Below are positions 20,068 to 28,100 of a stretch of 64,000 bases of DNA, piece by piece; the first letter of the stretch is position 1; every line of letters starts with the position of its first letter. Both the position numbers and the translations under genes were made by a program. Source of the DNA: a virus; the IMG/VR virus record IMGVR_UViG_3300046352_000068, positions 4,256 to 68,255 of that record; one strand, written 5' to 3'. The notes under the pieces were generated by a model that saw only the letters and a list, made by a program, of their open reading frames with translations, was not told the origin of the DNA and ran no database searches.

Positions 20068-21834
20068 ATGATTAATCACGCAGAAAACCTAGGATGGGAA
20101 CTAGATGTAGACTTCCCAGCTTGGGGTAACTCACCCGAATACGTAAAGACAATCTCAGGTGGATACCTATTAGCAGGAGAGAAACCAATAGATGCTTATC
20201 GCAGAGTGTCTAAGGCTGTAGCCGAAAGGTTAAACAAACCAGAGTTAGCAGATAAATTCTTTGACTATATCTGGAAAGGTTTTTTAAATTTAGCCACACC
20301 TGTGTTATCTAACACAGGCACTGATCGTGGCTTACCAATCTCGTGTTACGGCGTTGACATTGCTGACGCTGTTTATGACATTGGTACCAAGAACTTAGAA
20401 ATGATGCTACTTGCAAAGCACGGAGGTGGAGTAGGCATAGGCTTCAATCGCATCCGTCCTGCAGGATCAAAGATATCTAAGAATGGTACATCAGATGGTG
20501 TTATCCCATTCACTAAGATATTTGATTCCACTATTCTTGCAACATCACAAGGAAACGTGCGTCGTGGTGCTGCATCAAGTAACCTAAATATTGAGCACAA
20601 AGACTTTGAGGATTGGTTGGAGATTCGTGAACCTAAGGGTGATGTGAATCGCCAGTGCTTGAATCTACACCAATGTGCTGTGGTGGGTGATAAGTTTATG
20701 CGCAAGCTAGAAGACGGTGATCCGGATGCACGTCGCAAATGGGGTAAGTTATTGCAGAAGCGTAAGGCCACAGGTGAGCCGTACATTATGTTCAAGGGTA
20801 ACGTGAACAAGCAGAACCCTGAGGCATACAAGAAGAATAGTTTGAAGGTTTATATGACGAACATCTGCAGCGAAATCGTTCTGCATACAGATGAAAGCCA
20901 TAGCTTTGTATGCTGTCTGTCCTCAGTCAACTTAGCTAAGTACGATGAGTGGAAAGACACGGACTTAATACACGTGGCTACTTGGTTCCTAGATGGTGTA
21001 CTAGAAGAGTTCATTCAGAAAGCTAAGAATATGAAAGGCTTTGAAAACGTAGTTCGCTTTGCTGAGAAAGGTCGTGCTATTGGGTTAGGTGTTCTAGGAT
21101 GGCATACATACTTACAACAGAAAGGTATCCCATTTGAAGGGTTGCTTGCTCAGTTTGAGACACGTAAGATATTCTCTCAGATTAAGATTGAGTCTGAGCG
21201 TGCATCACGTGATATGGCTGTTGAGTATGGCGAGCCATTATGGTGCGTGGAGACAGGTATGCGTAACACACACTTACGTGCTATTGCTCCAACGGTATCT
21301 AACTCTAAGCTAAGTGGTAATGTGTCAGCAGGTGTTGAGCCTTGGGCTGCTAACGTATTCACAGACCAATCAGCTAAGGGTACATTTATTCGTAAGAACA
21401 AAGAACTTGAGAAGGTGCTTAAGAAGATTGGCATTAACACTAAAGAAATCTGGGATAAGATTCTTGCTGATGGTGGATCAATCCAAGACATTGCTGAACT
21501 TGATGAATGGTATTATGTGAATGGTAAATTAACGAATGATGTTCCAGAAGATTCTGACCACATTAGAGTCAAAGAGGTGTTCAAAACATTCAAGGAGATT
21601 AACCAATTAGAATTAATTAAGCAGGCAGGTATTCGTCAGCAATACATTGACCAATCTGTTTCATTGAACTTGGCATTCCCATCACAGGCTACACCTAAGT
21701 GGATTAACCAAGTACACATGGAGGCTTGGAGACAACGCATCAAAACATTGTACTATATGCGTACTGAGTCAGTATTGAGAGCAGATATTGCCACACGTGC
21801 TACTGATGAAAGTTGCATTTCGTGTGACGGGTAG
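20068..21834 (+). CDS. nrdA: Class I ribonucleotide reductase alpha subunit (short, no obvious ATP cone)
   Basis: PISCY, GGGVG, TNICSEI, AIAPT, DQSVS, TLYY, C-terminal CxxC. Confidence 0.95.
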   Translation: MINHAENLGWELDVDFPAWGNSPEYVKTISGGYLLAGEKPIDAYRRVSKAVAERLNKPELADKFFDYIWKGFLNLATPVLSNTGTDRGLPISCYGVDIADAVYDIGTKNLEMMLLAKHGGGVGIGFNRIRPAGSKISKNGTSDGVIPFTKIFDSTILATSQGNVRRGAASSNLNIEHKDFEDWLEIREPKGDVNRQCLNLHQCAVVGDKFMRKLEDGDPDARRKWGKLLQKRKATGEPYIMFKGNVNKQNPEAYKKNSLKVYMTNICSEIVLHTDESHSFVCCLSSVNLAKYDEWKDTDLIHVATWFLDGVLEEFIQKAKNMKGFENVVRFAEKGRAIGLGVLGWHTYLQQKGIPFEGLLAQFETRKIFSQIKIESERASRDMAVEYGEPLWCVETGMRNTHLRAIAPTVSNSKLSGNVSAGVEPWAANVFTDQSAKGTFIRKNKELEKVLKKIGINTKEIWDKILADGGSIQDIAELDEWYYVNGKLTNDVPEDSDHIRVKEVFKTFKEINQLELIKQAGIRQQYIDQSVSLNLAFPSQATPKWINQVHMEAWRQRIKTLYYMRTESVLRADIATRATDESCISCDG

Positions 21835-21839
21835 CAATA

Positions 21840-21896
21840 TATTATAATTTTAACACAGCACTGTATTATAATTTTAACACAGCACTATATTATAAT
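21840..21896 (+). repeat. 24-bp tandem repeat, about 2.4 copies (TATTATAATTTTAACACAGCACT)
   Basis: Identical 23-mers at 21840 and 21864, partial copy at 21888 overlapping the next ATG. Confidence 0.9.
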
Positions 21897-22449
21897 GAAG
21901 AAGATAAGTACACTATTTAGAAAGAATCCAGATAAACTTGGATTGGTTATCGATGAAATAGATCCTCAGAATACGTGGGTGTCAGAAATAGATGTTGTAG
22001 CGACACAGAAGTTTGATGGCACAGCATGTGCTATTATTAACGGAGAGTTGTATAAGCGATACGATGCAAATAAAGGTAAGGTTGCTCCTGATGGAGCAAT
22101 CCCTTGCCAAGAACCAGATGAAGTCACAGGTCATCATCCACACTGGGTAAAGTGTGATAGATATAAGCCAGAAGATAAATATTTCTTTGAGGGGTTTGAC
22201 GGAATGCCACCTTGGGAAAGAGTGTATGGTACTTATGAATTGTGTGGGCCAAAGATAAATGGTAACCCTGAAAATTTGTCAACCCACATGTTATTGAAAC
22301 ACGGGCTATTTAAAATTGGGTTATCCTCAACGGACTTCTGGTACTTAAGGGGAAGATTAAAGAAACTTGATATAGAAGGAATAGTTTTTCATCATCCTGA
22401 TGGACGCATGTGTAAGATACGTAAGTCTGATTTTGGTCTTAAAAGATAA
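21895..22449 (+). CDS. RNA ligase-like nucleotidyltransferase
   Basis: Motif I KFDGT, III YELCG, IV EGIVF, V MCKIR. Confidence 0.75.
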   Translation: MKKISTLFRKNPDKLGLVIDEIDPQNTWVSEIDVVATQKFDGTACAIINGELYKRYDANKGKVAPDGAIPCQEPDEVTGHHPHWVKCDRYKPEDKYFFEGFDGMPPWERVYGTYELCGPKINGNPENLSTHMLLKHGLFKIGLSSTDFWYLRGRLKKLDIEGIVFHHPDGRMCKIRKSDFGLKR

Positions 22450-22454
22450 ACATT

Positions 22455-22640
22455 TACCTTTGTTACAACATACTTCTCCTGCATCCTATAAGAACTGCAC
22501 GCTAAGGTTGGCTCTCCAGGTGTACAACTGCGACCCTTAAAGAAGTTTTTTCACAAGTTTGGTCAAGCCTCTTAGAAATAACGTAACCAAACAGTAATCG
22601 GGTTCATGCCATAAGAACTGAGCCCGATTCATTTTTTTCT
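22455..22640 (+). ncRNA. Candidate ~170-nt structured small RNA with its own promoter and terminator
   Basis: TACCTTTG box 22455-22462; no ORF; several hairpins; terminal stem 22596-22629 followed by a T tract. Confidence 0.55.
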
Positions 22641-22750
22641 TTGAAAAAGTATACAAGTAATTAGATAATTAACTAAATTTACAAAGGTTAAAGTGATAAT
22701 TATTTTGAAAGGGGAGGTGTTTATCGTTTTACATCTCCCCTTACTTGTTT

Positions 22751-22951
22751 ATGAAAGAGCATATAGACTATACAAACACAACAATTCGCTTCATCAATAA
22801 GATGACAGACGAGATATACGAGGCTCTTATCGACAAAGAGTACGAGGATTTACAAGACTCCATTTCAATTTTAATCGAAAAATTAAATCAATTACGCAAT
22901 GAAACCTTACCTAGAATTCGCACTAGAGTTGCACCAACAAGGCGACCTTAA
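22751..22951 (+). CDS. Small hypothetical protein
   Basis: ATG at 22751 behind a hairpin leader. Confidence 0.65.
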   Translation: MKEHIDYTNTTIRFINKMTDEIYEALIDKEYEDLQDSISILIEKLNQLRNETLPRIRTRVAPTRRP

Positions 22952-24098
22952 CAAAGCCGAGATTGCCAAAAGAGTTCAAGAGCATTACAACATGCACGAT
23001 CGAAACGTCGAGACTCTTCGCAAAAGAATATCCGCATACATTTTAAAATCAGAGCACCGTGGCCTTGCTGATGAGTGTGAAGCTGCAGGTATATCGCTGG
23101 CAGACACACAACACTATTGGTATAAAGGAAAGCATTACTCTGTTTTTGCAAAGTCAAATGTAAAGACGGAAGACGTTCCTTATGAGAATGTAATTCGTGA
23201 CATCATAGGTTCTTATAATCCATCAAAGATACAATCAATAGCCAAACACAAAATCTCCTCTCCTGTCGCAATTAAGGCTACTGTATCGGATTGCCACGTA
23301 GGATTAGAGCCTAATCCAGGTGGAACTTCTTTATTTGCTTACGAATACAATGAACAGATTTTTAAAGATAATTTATCTAAAGTGTTTAACTCTTTATGTA
23401 AAGAACGAGACGCTAATGGTAAATTTGACTTATTGGTTATTGATGATCTTGGTGATGGCCTTGATGGCTGGAATGGTCAAACCACAAGAGGTGGTCATGG
23501 TTTAGACCAAAATATGAATAATGAAGAGATGTTCCGAGTTTTTGTAGAAGGTAAGCTAAATCTTATTGAAAATTGCATCAAAGAGGGTATTGCTAATGAA
23601 ATTGTAGTTCGAAATGTAGCTAACGATAATCACTCTGGATCATTTGCATCCATTGCAAATATGACTATTCAGATGCTATTAAATAGAACTTACTCGCCTG
23701 ATGATGTGTCATTTTACATATTAAATAAGTTCATGGAGCATTTTGAATACGGAGACCATACATTTATCTTGACTCATGGCAAAGATGCCAAGCATATGTT
23801 TAAGGGTTTGCCTTACAACTTAAATGACAAGGCAGTGTCTTTTATAAATGACTACATAGATCATTATGATATTCGTTCAAAATATATCCACGTAGAGAAA
23901 GGTGACTTGCACCGAGTTGGGTATGATAGAACAAAGAAGTTTGATTACCGAAATTTCATGACATTTGCACCTCCTAGTGCATGGGTTAGCCACAACTTTG
24001 GGGATTGTTATTCAGGTTATTCAATTCAAACGGTGCCTAAATTTAATGGAGAAATTAGTCATACAGATTACTATTTCGACATGAAAAAGAAGATTTAG
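22899..24098 (+). CDS. Calcineurin-like phosphoesterase with N-terminal HTH-like region
   Basis: SDCHVG, LGDGLDG, NDNH, THG, GDLH motifs. Confidence 0.75.
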   Translation: MKPYLEFALELHQQGDLNKAEIAKRVQEHYNMHDRNVETLRKRISAYILKSEHRGLADECEAAGISLADTQHYWYKGKHYSVFAKSNVKTEDVPYENVIRDIIGSYNPSKIQSIAKHKISSPVAIKATVSDCHVGLEPNPGGTSLFAYEYNEQIFKDNLSKVFNSLCKERDANGKFDLLVIDDLGDGLDGWNGQTTRGGHGLDQNMNNEEMFRVFVEGKLNLIENCIKEGIANEIVVRNVANDNHSGSFASIANMTIQMLLNRTYSPDDVSFYILNKFMEHFEYGDHTFILTHGKDAKHMFKGLPYNLNDKAVSFINDYIDHYDIRSKYIHVEKGDLHRVGYDRTKKFDYRNFMTFAPPSAWVSHNFGDCYSGYSIQTVPKFNGEISHTDYYFDMKKKI

Positions 24099-24195
24099 TA
24101 TTTTTGTTGTAATTATAACTGTTGCAGAGTTAAATTATAAAAACATTAGCATTGGAGAGTAAGGCTGCAACCCTGAAATCCAATGCTTTTTTATT
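24099..24195 (+). promoter_or_regulatory. Kissing-loop leader A (promoter, two hairpins, U tract)
   Basis: TATTTTTG box; loop GTTGCAG (24121-24127) is the exact complement of loop CTGCAAC (24165-24171). Confidence 0.75.
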
Positions 24196-24741
24196 ATGGA
24201 AGAAATATTTAAAGACATAGCTGGATACGAAGGCCACTATATGGTGAGTAATTTAGGAAATGTAATTTCATTAAAATACAATAAAGTTCGTAAAATGAAA
24301 TTAAGGTTAGATCAACATGGTTACCCTACGATATGCCTATGGAAAGATGGTAAAAGCACATTTCCTAAAGTACACAGATTGGTATATGAAGCATTTATTG
24401 GTCCGAGAGGAGACAGTATGACTATAAATCATATTGATTATGATAGAGCAAATAATAATGTAAATAATTTAGAGTCAGTCACATATAGGGAAAATTCTTC
24501 ACACAGAGCCTTAAGGGAAAATAAATCATCTAAATATCTTGGCGTGGACTATAAACGAGGCGTATGTAAATGGGTTTCCAGGATAACATTTGAAGGAAAA
24601 AGATATCACTTAGGTATATTTAAAACAGAAATAGAGGCATTTGAAGCTAGAATGAAGTTTGAAAAAGAAAACAATATTATTAATAAATATTTTAGTAATT
24701 TTACAGAAATATATGAAAATGACAGTACAAGAATACGTTAG
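24196..24741 (+). mobile_element. NUMOD4-HNH-AP2-like homing endonuclease
   Basis: EEIFKDIAGYEGHYMVSNLG, HRLV...NHID...NNLE, SKYLGV...YHLG.F. Confidence 0.9.
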
Positions 24742-25072
24742 TGCATTAATGGAGATTGAGAATGTATCTCATATCGCACACTTACAGACATCATCATTTG
24801 CAGAGCATAAGGCTTTGAATGAATTATACGATGGGATTGTTGACCAGTTTGATGCATTCGTTGAAGCATACCAAGGTAAGTATGGCATCATTAAGGGATA
24901 CAAATCCTTTAAATTAGAAGAAGGCGTCGATATGATTTCTTACTTGAAAGAAAAAATGACAGCATTTGATGCGTATCGTGGCACGTTAACTGACGGATAC
25001 TTGCAGCAAATGGTTGATAATACGCAAGAGTTATTAAGCTCTACGTTATACAAATTAAGATTTTTAAGTTAG
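24713..25072 (+). CDS. Ferritin/Dps-like four-helix protein (DUF5856-like)
   Basis: HIAHLQT.SFAEHKAL..LYD...D.FVEAYQG...YKLRFL. Confidence 0.7.
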   Translation: MKMTVQEYVSALMEIENVSHIAHLQTSSFAEHKALNELYDGIVDQFDAFVEAYQGKYGIIKGYKSFKLEEGVDMISYLKEKMTAFDAYRGTLTDGYLQQMVDNTQELLSSTLYKLRFLS

Positions 25073-25094
25073 AATTGCGTATAAGGTGATTAAT

Positions 25095-25124
25095 TAAAAA
25101 GGGGACTCTTGGTCCCCATTTTTA
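25095..25124. terminator. Bidirectional intrinsic terminator where the two arms converge
   Basis: AAAAA-GGGGAC-TCTTG-GTCCCC-ATTTTT. Confidence 0.85.
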
Positions 25125-28100
25125 TTACCTAGCATCTTTCTCAATCTGCTGTTTTACCTTTTCGTTTACCCTAACAGCTTCCGTGAAAAGTATGTTGGTG
25201 GAAGCAAGCAATTCTACTGCTAGTACATACACTAACTTTGATTTATCTTCGTAAGATAATTCAATCTCATTACCAAATCTGTCTGTATAACTGTCACTAG
25301 TAATCATATTAATAGTGTCAGCCATATCAATAAACGGTCTTACTGCAATCTCAGGAACACCTCCAATAAAACCAAGTAAAGCATCCCAGGTACTTTGTGG
25401 TTTATATTCATATAACTTAGCTCTTTCCTCTTCAGGTAGATCTGATTGAACTAAATCAGCCAATGAATTTATAAGTGCCACTACAGCTGTATCTCCTATA
25501 TTAGGTATTGGAGATAACACATCGGTTGCAAATTTTGTTGTTGCAGACTTTATGTATTTATCTCTTCGCTTTTCTTTTTCATCTTCATCCTCATCTATAC
25601 CAAGTATTGAGTTAGCTACAATTATAATTCCTGAATTAATTGTGGCGGCCATCGCCTCAAATAAAACCATTTCTGCTGCTGTAGCTGAAAGCGACTTGAT
25701 AGCATCGACCTTATCCTGGTCGCTAGATGCTTTAGACGTAAGTATAGTTATGTCTGTAGTTATCTTATCCTTTGCATTAAAAATAAAACTACTGAATGGG
25801 AGTATCATTGACCTGGTCATGGTAGTCCATGGATTCTTTGTTGTCAAGAATTTACCCATCATATCAGATTCAGATACATTTTGCTGAAGATTTACTTGGT
25901 CTTCCGCGTAGTCCGCAGCCTTCTTGTTTAGCTCATGATTTTTCCAATCAAGGTTACTTGTATTAATACCTTGTTTCTTTAAGTCATGTAAATAGTAAGC
26001 AAACCAAGAAGCACGAGCAGCGATAACATCACCTTGCTTCAAAAAGTTATCTAAATATATCTTACCCGCTTTACCTATAAGCTCGGAAGATTTATTTACA
26101 AATTCTTCAACTTTAGTTGAGGAACCCAAATCAACCTGATCAATAACCTTGTTAGCCGACTCGATAGCTGTTTGTGATTCTAAACCACGATTAGCAATGC
26201 CGTACCCTGAGTTCTGTAAGAACTTAGTAGCGTCTTTATTTTTCAGTAATCTAAATCCTTGAATTGTAGATGCTGGGTCATCCGCTAAATTTATTAGCGT
26301 ATTTATTAAGGCTGTACCACCTTGCTTAATGAATGATGTAACTGATCCTAATGCACGAGAAGTACCATATCGGCTAATAGATTGAATAATCTTAGCAGCA
26401 GCCTTCTCGTCTACGGAACCAGTAGCTACATTCTTTGACCTAACTTCATTTACATAGTAGTTTAATCTATCCTTTATTACCGCTCTATCTTTAGGGTCAG
26501 GATATATTTTATCAAATGAAGGAGACTGAGTGAACCCTCTGTATTGCTGAACGTATGGTGCGGTCTTTATGTCAACTAGCATTTTACGCAATGCAACAGA
26601 GTTATTGTAATCAAAGTCAAAACTTAAAACTCTACCCTTAGGCAAAGATTTAATTCTATTGTTCTTCATCAAAGTACCTGATGGTTTTTGATTTAAGAAA
26701 TCAAATGCCATTTTATAAATAGATGATTCACCAACATCGCCAACTTCTTTTTCAACTATCTGTTCAAAAATGTCTGGAGTGTAATCAATATCATCTTCTA
26801 ATACCGTATTGTATACAGAAGAAGCAATTTGTTTAACTTCTGGATAAAACTTCTTATATGTGTTAACCCAAAAATCAACAGCTTCTTTATTTTTAGGGTC
26901 AATTAATTCACCTACCTGTTCTGGACTAGAAGCGTCTCTAATTTTATCATAAATAGCATTTTCTATTTTACCCTTTTTAACCAACTTGGAATCTTTTGAG
27001 TTTAACAATTCTTGAATAGACTCTTCTACTATTTTTTTTCTTCTTGTAAACTCGTCTTGCTTCTGCTCTTGCGTTCCGTTTACCGATCTTTTTAAAGAAG
27101 CATAGGTTTGTCTTTCAAAAACATTTTCTATGTCGTTGAAGTTTTTTCCATTAGGTTTTGTTTTTTGGAATTTATTAGAATAGGCTTCTTCAATTCTGTC
27201 AACAATTGCATTAGCTTGGCTATTTGCATTAGAAATACCTCTAAGCCCCATTGCATCAAATACCTCAGACCCAACCTTGCGGCTTCTGTGAACTAAGTCT
27301 AAGATAGATTTTACTGGAGAAAACGCAGAAGTCCATATTCTTGATAGATAATTAATAGGTTTACTACCAAATACTCTTCTAAAACTTTGAGCCACAACCC
27401 CTTTATCCTCAAAAGACTTAGCCTTTTCTGCACCTATGTAATTCTGGTACATAGTCTCCATATTATCAACAATATCATTTACGATATAATTTTCTAACGC
27501 TTCGGCAGCTCTGTACGAATCTCTAATAGACATTAAATCCAAATCCATACTAGTGAAGTTTTTAAGCAACTTCTTAGTATAAGCATCTAATTCCAATTCT
27601 TCGTTAGTCAAAGGATTAAAACCGTCTTCTAAAATAGAATCAGCAATATCTGTCATTGAATAAAACAACTCCTTTATATTGCTTCTGATTTCAGCTTCGT
27701 TCTCTATTGTATCTGGTGCTGTGCCAGCCTCAACAGACATGACATAACTCTGAATCTCGGCAAGACTCATGGATGCGTCGATAAGACCAGCTTCCGCTAA
27801 GTAATCGTATTGGTCTAGTAAAGTGTTCTTCACTTTCTCTTCTTGCTTTGCTAACTCGTCTGCAGTAAACGTAGACACAGCATTAATTGAAGCAGCCTTT
27901 CTAATTGGCTTCTTAATTGCATCATATACTTGTCTTGCATTCTCTAAGTATGTGTCAATATCAGTAAACTCAGGAATTACTTTTGCAAAGTCCTTAGCCA
28001 TTTTAGCTACTGACGCTTGCAAAGTATCTGACTTAGACAACTTCTTAATTCTGTTTCTAAAGGTAGTTGCCTCTTTGATACGATCTTGGTAGTCCGCACG

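Noticed and set aside
21840-21896. Mini CRISPR array
   Set aside because: Repeats are adjacent with no spacers, and no cas genes are present.
22470-22640. tRNA or known riboswitch
   Set aside because: No cloverleaf, T-loop or CCA end, and no riboswitch consensus I can recognise; kept as an unclassified ncRNA candidate.
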